Shown here: positions 19,084 to 28,017 of the stretch, one piece after another
Layout of the letters: each line of letters begins with the position of its first letter
Position numbering within the stretch: the stretch's first letter is position 1
DNA from: Paenibacillaceae bacterium
GTDB lineage: Bacteria > Bacillota > Bacilli > Paenibacillales > NBRC-103111
Assembly: GCA_020697475.1 (NCBI GenBank)
Contig: JAJFMO010000001.1
Coordinates: forward strand, 1-46,936
Reading direction: 5' to 3'
Length of the DNA: 46,936 nt
Notes under the pieces: generated by a model
Seen by the model: the letters and a program-made list of their open reading frames with translations, nothing else
Databases searched by the model: none
Told to the model about the DNA's origin: nothing
Translations under genes and position numbers: made by a program

Positions 19084-20013
19084 ATGTTGACGACAGTGAC
19101 GCTGAATGCAGCGATTGACAAAACGTATTTCTTTAACTCCTTTACGCTGGGAACGGTATCCCGCACCCAAACGATGCGGGTCAACCCCGGCGGCAAGGGG
19201 CTGAACGTCGCCAGGGTGGCCGGCCAGTTGGGTCGGTCGGTTCTGGCGACTGGTTTTGTCGGGGGATATAACGGGCGGTTTATTATGGATGAGCTGGATC
19301 GCCAAGGGATCGCCCACGATTTCGTCCAAGTCGAAGGGGAATCGCGGCTTTGCCTCAACATGATCGATTTGTCCAACCGGTCATCCACTGAAGTGTTGGA
19401 GCCGGGTCCGGAAATTACGTCCGATCAGGTGGAAGAGATGAAGCGGAAGATACGCCAACTGGCGGCGAAATCCGCTATTGTCGCTCTCTCCGGCAGCGTT
19501 CCGCGCGGGGCTCCGACATCGATCTATGCAGAGTTGATCGCGATCGCAAAGGCCGAAGGCGCCCGCGTGTTTCTTGACGCAAGCGGGGACGCTTTGATGG
19601 CCGGGATTACCGCCATTCCTGAGATGATCAAGCCGAACGAAGACGAGGTCGAACGAATTATCGGCAAGAAGCTGGAACGCGAGGAAGACTTGATTGACAG
19701 CGTACGAGAGCTGATGGAGCGGGGGATCAAGCGGGTGATCGTCACACTGGGGGCAGCCGGTTCGCTGGCTGGAGTGGATGGACGATTGTACCGAATCCGA
19801 GCGCCTAAGTTGGATGCCGTGAACACTGTCGGCTGCGGCGATTCGTTCGTGGCGGGTATGGCGTCAGCCGTATTGCAAGGGATGAACGTCGAAGACAGCC
19901 TGCGCCTTGCGACTGCAGCCGGCTCCGCCAATGCGTTGACCGAAGAAGCCGGGAACGTAAGACTGGAAGACGTCGACGCATTATTTAAGCAAACCGTGAT
20001 CGAATGCCTGTAA
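19084..20013 (+). CDS. PfkB-family hexose-phosphate kinase (1-phosphofructokinase / tagatose-6-phosphate kinase-like)
   Basis: TVTLNAAIDKTY...NPGGKGLNVARV at the N-terminus and DAVNTVGCGDSFVAG at the C-terminus are the PfkB signatures. Confidence 0.9.
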   Translation: MLTTVTLNAAIDKTYFFNSFTLGTVSRTQTMRVNPGGKGLNVARVAGQLGRSVLATGFVGGYNGRFIMDELDRQGIAHDFVQVEGESRLCLNMIDLSNRSSTEVLEPGPEITSDQVEEMKRKIRQLAAKSAIVALSGSVPRGAPTSIYAELIAIAKAEGARVFLDASGDALMAGITAIPEMIKPNEDEVERIIGKKLEREEDLIDSVRELMERGIKRVIVTLGAAGSLAGVDGRLYRIRAPKLDAVNTVGCGDSFVAGMASAVLQGMNVEDSLRLATAAGSANALTEEAGNVRLEDVDALFKQTVIECL

Positions 20014-20151
20014 TATGTCGTAGTTGCTGTATGGCAGGACTCTCTAGGCTTTTCTTCCTATAAAATGTCCAGGTTTCCCGGCTGCCCTCTTTTGCTCACA
20101 TGAAAAGAGTGGTAAAATTATAGGTATACCGGCCGAAGGGGGAAGACTCGT

Positions 20152-20535
20152 TTGCTAAAAAGAACTTTGATCGGCATTGTTCGCAGCCATGAACAGTCGG
20201 GGGATAAAGCGAGAGACCCGGCGCTAAAGACGAAATATTACAAATTATCCAAAGACAAGTTGTGGGAAGAAGTCGTCATTATCATGAACAAGCTTCCCGG
20301 TTATAAGCTATTGCATGAGGCGAAGAACGTCGGTGAGATCGTGGTGGAGAAGAAGACGATGACCGGCCGCGTGCAGGATATTACGTTGACTTTGTTTTCG
20401 ATCAGCCCGGCGAAATCGGCGATCGATATTTATTCCGCTTCGCGGGGATCGCTCGGAGACTTGGGCTCCAATTACCGTACGATCTTGGACATTTACCGGC
20501 AATTGGACCGCAGGCTGGCGGCTTACAAAGATTAA
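20152..20535 (+). CDS. hypothetical cytosolic protein (possibly DUF1499-like)
   Basis: TTG start follows GAAGGGGGAAG. The 127-aa ORF ends at a strong bidirectional terminator. The family assignment is uncertain. Confidence 0.6.
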   Translation: MLKRTLIGIVRSHEQSGDKARDPALKTKYYKLSKDKLWEEVVIIMNKLPGYKLLHEAKNVGEIVVEKKTMTGRVQDITLTLFSISPAKSAIDIYSASRGSLGDLGSNYRTILDIYRQLDRRLAAYKD

Positions 20536-20552
20536 CGATCGCTTTAAACGAG

Positions 20553-20587
20553 AAAAACAGCGGAAGCGAATGCTCTCCGCTGTTTTT
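20553..20587. terminator. bidirectional terminator between the hypothetical gene and tpx
   Basis: AAAAACAGCGGA...TCCGCTGTTTTT, giving A/T runs on both sides. Confidence 0.85.
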
Positions 20588-20614
20588 GTCATATAGATAG
20601 GTTAAACGATCGTG

Positions 20615-21112
20615 TTAGATCAGCTTCTTGACCGCTTCGACCGCTTTCTCGTAGTCCGGGTGATTGGTCATTTCCCCGACGTATTCGACGTATTGCACTT
20701 TGTTGCTTGCGTCAATGATGAAGATCGAGCGCATTAGCAACCCTAACTCCTTGATGTATACGCCGTATGCTTTGCCGAAGGAATGGTGCTTGTAATCCGA
20801 CAGGGTGACGACTTTGTCGACGCCTGCGGCGCCGCACCAGCGTGACTGGGCGAACGGAAGGTCGAGGCTGACGGTCAAGATGACGACGTTGTCGCCGAGT
20901 TTGCCTGCTTCCTCATTGAAACGGCGGGTCTGCGCATCGCAGACGCCGGTGTCGAGTGACGGAACGACGCTGATCAGTTTTATTTTACCGGCATAATCGG
21001 CAAGCGTTACCTCGGTCATTAAATCTTTGTTCAGAACGAAGTCAGGAGCCTGGCTGCCGACTTTCACTTCATTGCCGACCAGTGTCAAAGGGTTGCCCTT
21101 GAAAGTTGCCAT
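20615..21112 (-). CDS. tpx: thiol peroxidase
   Basis: [12 protein letters not shown]...APDF...[19 protein letters not shown] contains the Tpx peroxidatic Cys context. ATG at 21112 follows AAGGAGG. Confidence 0.93.
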   Translation of the reverse strand: MATFKGNPLTLVGNEVKVGSQAPDFVLNKDLMTEVTLADYAGKIKLISVVPSLDTGVCDAQTRRFNEEAGKLGDNVVILTVSLDLPFAQSRWCGAAGVDKVVTLSDYKHHSFGKAYGVYIKELGLLMRSIFIIDASNKVQYVEYVGEMTNHPDYEKAVEAVKKLI

Positions 21113-21222
21113 GAAATTGAATTCCTCCTTAATGAGTTGGTAATTGGCGATCAGTTTCAATTATAATGAGGTGACTGGGCTTTGTCCAATTTTTGGAGTG
21201 CAATCGAAGAGGAGCTTGAACG

Positions 21223-21831
21223 ATGATCTTTCTGCGGTACGAGAAACCGATGCAATATATCCGGATGTATCCGGTCACCACAGCGATTCTGTTGATCATT
21301 ATCGCAGTGTTTGCGGCGATGCTGATCACAGGCAGTCCGACTGATCCGGAGACGCTCATTCGCTTTGGCGCTCAAGTGAACGCTCCCCCTTATGAGAGTC
21401 AGCTATGGCGCATAGTGACGGCGATGTTCATTCATATCGGGTTTGAACACTTGCTGTTCAACGGTTTCGCCTTATATGTGTTTGCCCCGCCGCTTGAGCG
21501 GATGTTGGGCAAGCTGAAATACACGCTGTTGTATTTTGGCAGCGGGATCGTCGGCAATCTGGCCGGTCAACTGCTTTACCAGGACGTTCATGTGTCCGCT
21601 GGTGCGTCCGGTGCGATATACGGGGTATTTGCGGCGTATGCCTACTTGAGTTGGCTGCGTAAAGGGCTGTTCGATAAGCAAACGCGGAGTACGGTCAACG
21701 TCATGCTGGCGATGGGGTTGATCTATACGCTGCTCGTGCCTAAAGTCAACCTGTACGCCCATCTGGGCGGGTTTGTCGGCGGATTCCTGATTTTGCACGT
21801 GATGATTCATTGGGGACGCAAGCGGATATAG
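21223..21831 (+). CDS. rhomboid family intramembrane serine protease
   Basis: About 6 TM segments, with HIGFEHLLFN, the catalytic GASGAIYG, and AHLGGFVGG (catalytic His). Confidence 0.85.
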   Translation: MIFLRYEKPMQYIRMYPVTTAILLIIIAVFAAMLITGSPTDPETLIRFGAQVNAPPYESQLWRIVTAMFIHIGFEHLLFNGFALYVFAPPLERMLGKLKYTLLYFGSGIVGNLAGQLLYQDVHVSAGASGAIYGVFAAYAYLSWLRKGLFDKQTRSTVNVMLAMGLIYTLLVPKVNLYAHLGGFVGGFLILHVMIHWGRKRI

Positions 21832-21908
21832 GTTTTCACTAAGGGATCATGGTATAATGGTGGCAAAAATGGCGAATCGTAAGTTTTCACAGGCATCGGA
21901 GGCCACAA

Positions 21909-22793
21909 GTGGAGTTCAGACAATTGCAATATTTCATCAAGGTTGCGAAGATGCAGCATGTGACACATGCGGCGGAGGAGATGCACGTAGCGCAATCTGC
22001 CGTCAGCAGGCAAATTCATCTGTTGGAGGAAGAGCTTGGGGTCGCCTTGTTTTCCCAGAAAGGGCGGAACTTGCAGCTAACGCCGGTCGGACGGCTGTTT
22101 CTCAGCAGGGTTGAAGCGATTCTCGCCAATTTGGATCGCGCGGTTAACGAGGTGCACGAATTTCTCGATCCGGACGCCGGCGAGATTCGAATCGGCTTCC
22201 CGCACAGTCTCGGGATGAATTTGCTGCCGAAGATTATCGCGAAGTTCCGCCAGGATCACCCGAACGTCAAGTTCAAGCTGAAGCAAGGAGCGTATAACGG
22301 CTTAATCCACGACGTGAAGGATGGCGAAGTGGATTTGGCCATTGTTTCGCCGTGTCCGAAGAAGCTGGAGCACGTCACCGGGGAATTGCTGTTCAGCGAG
22401 GAGATGTTCGCGATTTTGCCGATGAATCATCCGCTCGCCGTACAGACTTCCATCCGTCTGGAGCAGCTGCAGCACGAGTCCTTCGTCATGTTCAATGAAG
22501 GCTATTCGTTGCGCAGTATTGTGATGGAAGCGTGCCAGAAGGCCGGCTTTAGGCCAATCATCGGGTTCGAGGGAGAAGAGACAGATACGATTCGCGGCCT
22601 CGTTACGGCCGGGATGGGGGTCAGCCTGCTGCCGGAGATGGCGCTGATGCATAATTCTCCCTTCATGCCGGCGGTCGTTAAGGTGTCGGAACCGAGCGTC
22701 TTCCGCACGATCGGCCTGATTCGCCGCTCGGGGGAGAAGCTTCCGCTTGTGGCGGAAGTGTTTCAACGCTTTTTGCTCGATTATTTCGCGTAA
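21909..22793 (+). CDS. LysR family transcriptional regulator
   Basis: The helix-turn-helix MEFRQLQYFIKVAKMQHVTHAAEEMHVAQSAVSRQIHLLEEELG and the 294-aa length are typical of LysR-type regulators. GTG start follows GGAGG. Confidence 0.88.
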   Translation: MEFRQLQYFIKVAKMQHVTHAAEEMHVAQSAVSRQIHLLEEELGVALFSQKGRNLQLTPVGRLFLSRVEAILANLDRAVNEVHEFLDPDAGEIRIGFPHSLGMNLLPKIIAKFRQDHPNVKFKLKQGAYNGLIHDVKDGEVDLAIVSPCPKKLEHVTGELLFSEEMFAILPMNHPLAVQTSIRLEQLQHESFVMFNEGYSLRSIVMEACQKAGFRPIIGFEGEETDTIRGLVTAGMGVSLLPEMALMHNSPFMPAVVKVSEPSVFRTIGLIRRSGEKLPLVAEVFQRFLLDYFA

Positions 22794-23312
22794 GGGACGA
22801 AGTGTAGTGAAACGACCGTAGGGTCGTATCGTTCGAAGGCTTGTGCGACAGGGACTTCCGATAGGAGGAGTGATTCAGGGAGGATCCTTCGCTTTATGTT
22901 GGGATTGGAGGGTTAAACTAACATAAAGCTTTTTCGAGCCCTTATTTGATGGGAAAGGTGGGGGTAGGCTGCCAATAAGGTTGTTTGGAGCCCCTATTCC
23001 GGACTTCTGAGCAGAAACTGGGCTTTCTCATTCAAATAACGTTCTGAAAAGACGTTATGAAGCGAAAAAAGCAAAAGTGTGGAAAATAGCGTATCGAAAC
23101 AACCTTATTGTGCTTGCGATATACCCAATATGTCGAACGAATCGAACTAGAAGAGTGTAATCTTGGCTGTGCCGCATGTAGGATCGGATTTCCCAACATG
23201 CATCAGCCCGGGCGCAGTGGCCACTCACTTGTTAGTCGCTTAATCCGCATAAAGTGCAATCCTTAATCAATGTAATCCATCCATGATGTAGAACCTGTCG
23301 ATATTACATCAA

Positions 23313-23351
23313 AGAGGCGAGTCGGAGGATGAAAATCCCCGACTCGCCTCT
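23313..23351 (-). terminator. intrinsic terminator of the MerR / Zn-peptidase operon
   Basis: 13-bp perfect stem AGAGGCGAGTCGG / CCGACTCGCCTCT. On the minus strand it is followed by TTTGATG. Confidence 0.85.
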
Positions 23352-23370
23352 ATTATTTGCTAATCCCAAA

Positions 23371-24075
23371 TTATTCGTTCGAGCGGTTCGCTCCGGCAAA
23401 AATCATAATAAATTTCAGCAATTGCAGGAGGGAGATCAATGCTGCGGCGACGTAGGTCAACGCAGCGGCGTTCAGCACTTTGGCCACTCCGCGCTCCTCT
23501 TCGTTGTTGATGAAGCCATGGGAGACCATCGCTTCCCTGGCCCGATTGCTGGCATTGAACTCGACCGGCAAAGTGATGAGTTGGAACAGCACGGCCACGG
23601 AGAAGAAGACGATGCCTAGCAGCGCGAGCTTGGAGCCGAGAGCTGAGGCGATCCCGAGCAGGAAGCCGGCAATGATCAGGAATGGCGCTACCCCTGAGCT
23701 GAAGTTGACGACCGGGAAAATATTGTGCCGAGCCACCAACATCGGGTAATGCACCTTGTGTTGAATGGCGTGGCCGATTTCGTGACAGGCGACGGAAATG
23801 GCGGAGATCGACCGGCCATGGTATACCGGTTCTGACAATCGGACGACCTTGTGAATCGGGTCGTAATGGTCGCTTAACGTCCCGGGCACCGGCTCGATCG
23901 GGATGTCGTAAAGCCCGTTGATATCGAGCAGCCTTCTCGCTGCCTCAGCCCCTGTCATCCCCGACATGTTCGGCACTTCTGCCCATCGGTTGAAGGTGCT
24001 TCGCACCCTAAAGGATGCCCAAAGCGACAGTCCGAAGGCGATCAGGATGAGAAAGTCCATCGGATGAAAAAACAT
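23371..24075 (-). CDS. zinc metallopeptidase (YugP-like, Zn_peptidase_2 family)
   Basis: The HEIGHAIQH zincin motif sits between an N-terminal TM segment and C-terminal TM segments, with a 234-aa size typical of YugP. Confidence 0.85.
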   Translation of the reverse strand: MFFHPMDFLILIAFGLSLWASFRVRSTFNRWAEVPNMSGMTGAEAARRLLDINGLYDIPIEPVPGTLSDHYDPIHKVVRLSEPVYHGRSISAISVACHEIGHAIQHKVHYPMLVARHNIFPVVNFSSGVAPFLIIAGFLLGIASALGSKLALLGIVFFSVAVLFQLITLPVEFNASNRAREAMVSHGFINNEEERGVAKVLNAAALTYVAAALISLLQLLKFIMIFAGANRSNE

Positions 24076-24100
24076 GAGTCATTCCCCTTCTCGTTATGGA

Positions 24101-24538
24101 TTATAAAATCGACCCGCGATCCAACAGGATCAACAGGGCTTCGATGACGGCGGCTCCGCTTGGCGCGATGATTTTGTACAAATTCTTCGCCTGGGAAGGG
24201 CGCATACTCTCGATCATCGGGCTAATCTCTTTCACTTCTTTCTCCAACTGCTGCAGATGAAGCTGCAAGGCCGACAATTTGTCCGTCACTTGCTCGCTCT
24301 GTCCCACCTTCTCGAACTGATCAAGGCATGCTTTAATTTCTTCGAGTGTATACTTCTCCTTCTTCATCATCTCAATACGTTTGAGCCTTAGCAAAGTTTC
24401 ATCGCTGTAATAGCGATAATTCGAGTCCGATCGCTTCTCAGGCTGAATGAGTCCAAGCTTCGTATAGTAGTCAATCGTTCGCGAACTGACAGAGGAAAGC
24501 CGGGACAACTGCCCGATCTTATACAGTTTGCGTTCCAC
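24101..24538 (-). CDS. MerR family transcriptional regulator
   Basis: YKIGQLSRLSSVSSRTIDYYTKLGLI...YRYY is a MerR helix-turn-helix, followed by a coiled-coil C-terminus. I chose the GTG at 24538 (GGAGGTG 6 nt upstream) over the ORF-track start at 24598. Confidence 0.85.
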   Translation of the reverse strand: MERKLYKIGQLSRLSSVSSRTIDYYTKLGLIQPEKRSDSNYRYYSDETLLRLKRIEMMKKEKYTLEEIKACLDQFEKVGQSEQVTDKLSALQLHLQQLEKEVKEISPMIESMRPSQAKNLYKIIAPSGAAVIEALLILLDRGSIL

Positions 24539-24581
24539 AGGTTCCACCTCCGCTAGGATTGAATGTGCGGTTACTTCTCTA

Positions 24582-24611
24582 ATGATACTAGAAATCAAAC
24601 CATACAGTCAA
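24582..24611 (-). promoter_or_regulatory. candidate sigma-A promoter of the MerR operon
   Basis: On the minus strand: TTGACT, 18 nt, TATCAT. Confidence 0.4.
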
Positions 24612-24685
24612 ACGTTATAGTTTTAAATCAACGAAAAATAGTTTGTGAGGAAATATTACACAAAACACAAAATAAAATCAATTTA

Positions 24686-24702
24686 TGTTACCTTATATAA
24701 CA
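24686..24702. promoter_or_regulatory. TnrA/GlnR-type box 1 upstream of amt
   Basis: TGTTACCTTATATAACA fits the TGTNA-N7-TNACA consensus perfectly. Confidence 0.6.
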
Positions 24703-24718
24703 TAGCAATGAAGGACAT

Positions 24719-24735
24719 TGTTATATAATATGACA
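24719..24735. promoter_or_regulatory. TnrA/GlnR-type box 2, overlapping a TATAAT -10 element
   Basis: TGTTATATAATATGACA fits TGTNA-N7-TNACA perfectly. Its centre is 33 bp from box 1. It contains TATAAT (24724..24729). Confidence 0.6.
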
Positions 24736-24750
24736 AAAGGAAGTGATCGT

Positions 24751-26145
24751 ATGTTTAAAAAATCGCTGCTTCTCATCGCACTGCCATTCTTCACGTTCCC
24801 CGCTGTTACATTGGCGGCCGACGGGCCGACAACCGGTCAATTGCAATCGGCTGTCGACGCGGTTTGGGTGATGCTTGCGGCGATTCTTGTCATCTTCATG
24901 CAAGCGGGTTTTGCCTTGCTGGAGGCCGGTTCGACCCGGATGAAAAATGCCGGGCACGTAGCAGGCAAGACAATTTTGACGTTCGGCATTTGCGCCATCG
25001 CGTTTTGGGCTGCCGGATTTGCCTTCGCATTTGGCAATGGCGGCAGTTTAATCGGTTTTTCCGGATTTTTCGTCAACGGATCGGAAGAGCAGGCGGCTCA
25101 AGTTTTTTCCTCCTTGTCCTTTTCCGATGTGCCGATTTCCATCAAATTCTTATTCCAACTCGCGTTTGCCGGAGTCTCCTTGGCCATTGCCTGCGGCGGA
25201 TTTGCCGAAAGGGGCAAATTGATCGGATATTTTATTTTCGGTACCTTGTTTACTGTAGTGATTTACCCGATCGTCGCACACTGGGTGTGGGGCGGCGGCT
25301 GGCTCGCACAAATCGGCATGCAGGATTTCGCCGGATCGACGGTTGTGCATCTGCAAGGCGCTACCGCCGCGCTGGTTGCCACGATATTGTTGAAGCCCCG
25401 CTTGGGTAAGTTCAACCGTGAAGGAAAACCGAACCAGCTGCCCGGTCATAATCAAGTATTCTCGGTATTGGGCGTGATCATTCTTTGGATCGGTTGGTTC
25501 GGTTTTAATCCCGGCAGTACATTAAGCGCAATGGGCGACGGATTTTTCGGATACATTGCCCTTACGACCAATTTGGCGGCAGCAGCCGGAGCAGTCGCTG
25601 CGCTGACCGTGTCTTGGCTTGTATTCGGCAAAGCGGATATTCCAAGCATGCTCAATGGCGTGCTGGCGGCATTGGTGGCGATAACCGCATCCTGCGCTTT
25701 CGTCGAACCCGGAGCCGCCATCCTGATCGGCGCATTGGCCGGCTCCATTACCTTCTTTACCGCGCAATGGTTTGAAAAAGCAGGGGTTGACGATCCGGTA
25801 TATGCGTTCTCGGTTCACGGCATTGCAGGGATTTGGGGTACGCTGTCCACAGGTTTGTTCGCAACACCGGAATTGGCGGCTAAAGTCGGAATCGGCGGCG
25901 CAGGCTTGTTTTACGGCGGCGGTTGGCACCAGCTGGGTGTGCAAGCGCTGGGCGTGTTCGGAGCGATGGCGTTTGTCGCCTTGTTGTCCTTCCTCATTCT
26001 TGGTATTCTTCATATGACGACAGGCTTGCGCGTCACGGAGGAAGAGGAAACGATCGGGTTGGATCTGGCCGAACATGGCGTGTACGGTTATCCCGAGCAA
26101 ATGAAAGGCGCGGACGCCCATACTCGAGATGCGATCGTCACCTAA
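24751..26145 (+). CDS. amt: ammonium transporter (Amt family)
   Basis: Signal peptide, then DAVWVMLAAILVIFMQAGFALLEAG, DFAGSTVVHL, and the second His region (FSVHGIAGIWG). ATG at 24751 follows AAAGGAAG. The ORF-track start at 24718 lies inside box 2. Confidence 0.93.
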   Translation: MFKKSLLLIALPFFTFPAVTLAADGPTTGQLQSAVDAVWVMLAAILVIFMQAGFALLEAGSTRMKNAGHVAGKTILTFGICAIAFWAAGFAFAFGNGGSLIGFSGFFVNGSEEQAAQVFSSLSFSDVPISIKFLFQLAFAGVSLAIACGGFAERGKLIGYFIFGTLFTVVIYPIVAHWVWGGGWLAQIGMQDFAGSTVVHLQGATAALVATILLKPRLGKFNREGKPNQLPGHNQVFSVLGVIILWIGWFGFNPGSTLSAMGDGFFGYIALTTNLAAAAGAVAALTVSWLVFGKADIPSMLNGVLAALVAITASCAFVEPGAAILIGALAGSITFFTAQWFEKAGVDDPVYAFSVHGIAGIWGTLSTGLFATPELAAKVGIGGAGLFYGGGWHQLGVQALGVFGAMAFVALLSFLILGILHMTTGLRVTEEEETIGLDLAEHGVYGYPEQMKGADAHTRDAIVT

Positions 26146-26159
26146 GGAGTTTGGTAATC

Positions 26160-27230
26160 ATGAGCGGACTTCATCTGTATTGTACCAAACAAATTGCCGA
26201 TTGTGTCACGGTTGAACAATTAAGAGCTATAAGGGATTGCGCGTTCTCCGGTTCTGACTCCAACTTCCTGTTGGAGGATCCACTCGAATGGAACCGGCAA
26301 AATAATGAGATGCACGACCAACTGATTCGCCGTACGATTCAATTATCGGAGATGAAGCTGGCCGATCAAGGCAAGGGAACCCCTCCGGTTCCCTATGTCT
26401 TTCTCTTGTTCGGAAGTGGAGGGCGAAGCGAGCAGACACTTTGGAGCGACCAGGACAACGGACTTGTTTATGAGAATATCGGAACGGATCGTGAGAGGGG
26501 GCGGGTTGAGCAATATTTCAACGACTTGGCCTCGCTCATTTTTCATAATTTAGTCCACTTAGGCTATCCGCCTTGTCCCGGGAACGTTGTGGCAGATAAT
26601 GGCCGCTGGAGAATTCCCCTGTCTGCTTGGGAAGCCATGATTACGCGATGGATATCGACTCCCGATTGGGAAAGCATGAGATATGCGTTGATGATTAGCG
26701 ATATGCGATGGATCCACGGCGATGCGAATCTTTTCAACCGTGTGCATCGTGTCTTTCGCAACGCCATCAGGGACAATCCTCAAGTGTTAATCCCAATGTT
26801 GAAGAACACCCTTCACCACAAAGTCTCCCTTGGAGTATTCGGTCAACTTTTGCGGGAACGTTACGGCGAGTTCGCGGGAAGCGTGGATGTCAAGTATGGC
26901 ATGTATATTCCTTTCGTCAACGGGATTCGCCTGCTCTCCCTGCGCAGCGGACTTTTCACCAATTCGACGCTTGATCGACTTATGCTGTTGGAACATACCG
27001 GCGAACTGCCAGGGGATCTTGATCCGATTAAGCTGCGACATACGTTCGCCGCTTTGTTGAAGTTCAGGGCATTAACACCTTGTGAAAAGACGAATAGCGG
27101 TGTATATGCCACAACCGGCAAGCTTCCTGCCGAGATGCTGACGAAGGAACGGGTGCGGGAGATCAAGCATTGTTTGATTACCGGAAACAGCCTTCAAAGA
27201 TGGGTGGAGAAATCGGTGAATCGCCGATGA
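26160..27230 (+). CDS. DUF294-type putative nucleotidyltransferase (GlnD-like NTase plus helical substrate-binding domain), lacking CBS/cNMP sensor domains
   Basis: Pol-beta NTase signature LLFGSGGRSEQTLWSDQDNG with a helical C-terminal half. ATG at 26160 follows AAGGAG, 14 nt after the amt stop. The family name is from memory. Confidence 0.8.
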   Translation: MSGLHLYCTKQIADCVTVEQLRAIRDCAFSGSDSNFLLEDPLEWNRQNNEMHDQLIRRTIQLSEMKLADQGKGTPPVPYVFLLFGSGGRSEQTLWSDQDNGLVYENIGTDRERGRVEQYFNDLASLIFHNLVHLGYPPCPGNVVADNGRWRIPLSAWEAMITRWISTPDWESMRYALMISDMRWIHGDANLFNRVHRVFRNAIRDNPQVLIPMLKNTLHHKVSLGVFGQLLRERYGEFAGSVDVKYGMYIPFVNGIRLLSLRSGLFTNSTLDRLMLLEHTGELPGDLDPIKLRHTFAALLKFRALTPCEKTNSGVYATTGKLPAEMLTKERVREIKHCLITGNSLQRWVEKSVNRR

Positions 27231-27961
27231 ACGGTCCGGATCGTCCTCGCGCAGGAATATGGGAATTGTATCGTATGGGCGGGCTTCGACCGGCGCTTCG
27301 CTCTGTGTTCGAACCGCAAACGGCTCAACAGATGGCTTTCATTCGTTCGATGATCAAGGATCAGCGCAGGGAAGCGGCGTACTCTATGCGGTTAAAGGAA
27401 TTGAACGCCGTTGTGTTCGATTTGGAGACGACCGGCTATTACCCGGAGCAAGGCGATGAGATCATCGCGATCGGAGCGGTTTCCGTCAACGGGACGGAGA
27501 TCGACGAACAGGAACCGTTCTATACCTTGATCGATCCTGAACGATCCGTTCCACCGGAAGTGCAAGCCATAACGGGAATTACGGATGAAATGACGCAGCA
27601 TGCGCCGAAACGGATGGTAGGGCTGCGTGCGTTTCTGGAATTTGCCGACAGCAAGGTATTAATTGCTCACGGTATGCGGCATGACAAGCGTTTTCTCAAC
27701 CGCGCCTTATGGACAACATCAAGAACCGGCCTTCCTCACCGAACGCTCGATACGATGATGATCGCCGCGCTGCTATATCCCGAGGAGGCGCCGTATACGC
27801 TTGAACCGTTGTTGCAGCGCCATGGAATTGCCGTCCATGGACGCCATCACGCTTTGCAAGATGCCCTCATGGCTGCCAAGCTGTGGTGCGCGATGTCGAG
27901 AGAGATGATGGATCGCGGATTGGAGACGTTAGGTGACGTCTACGAGGAATTGAACGGCTAG
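27227..27961 (+). CDS. DEDDh 3'-5' exonuclease (DnaQ/PolIII-epsilon-like) with an N-terminal extension of about 65 aa
   Basis: Exo I VVFDLETTG, Exo II region LIAHGMRHDKRFL, and Exo III HHALQDALMAA. The start overlaps the upstream stop (ATGA at 27227..27230). Confidence 0.8.
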   Translation: MNGPDRPRAGIWELYRMGGLRPALRSVFEPQTAQQMAFIRSMIKDQRREAAYSMRLKELNAVVFDLETTGYYPEQGDEIIAIGAVSVNGTEIDEQEPFYTLIDPERSVPPEVQAITGITDEMTQHAPKRMVGLRAFLEFADSKVLIAHGMRHDKRFLNRALWTTSRTGLPHRTLDTMMIAALLYPEEAPYTLEPLLQRHGIAVHGRHHALQDALMAAKLWCAMSREMMDRGLETLGDVYEELNG

Positions 27962-28017
27962 ATAATGGCATTCGTAAAAATAATTCATATGAATTTTGCG
28001 ACGTTCCCCCGACTGAA

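Noticed and set aside
25923-26159. Upstream extension of the nucleotidyltransferase ORF, overlapping the last 220 nt of amt
   Set aside because: The extension is Arg-rich nonsense in an alternative frame of amt. A good AAGGAG RBS precedes the internal ATG at 26160, right after the amt stop.
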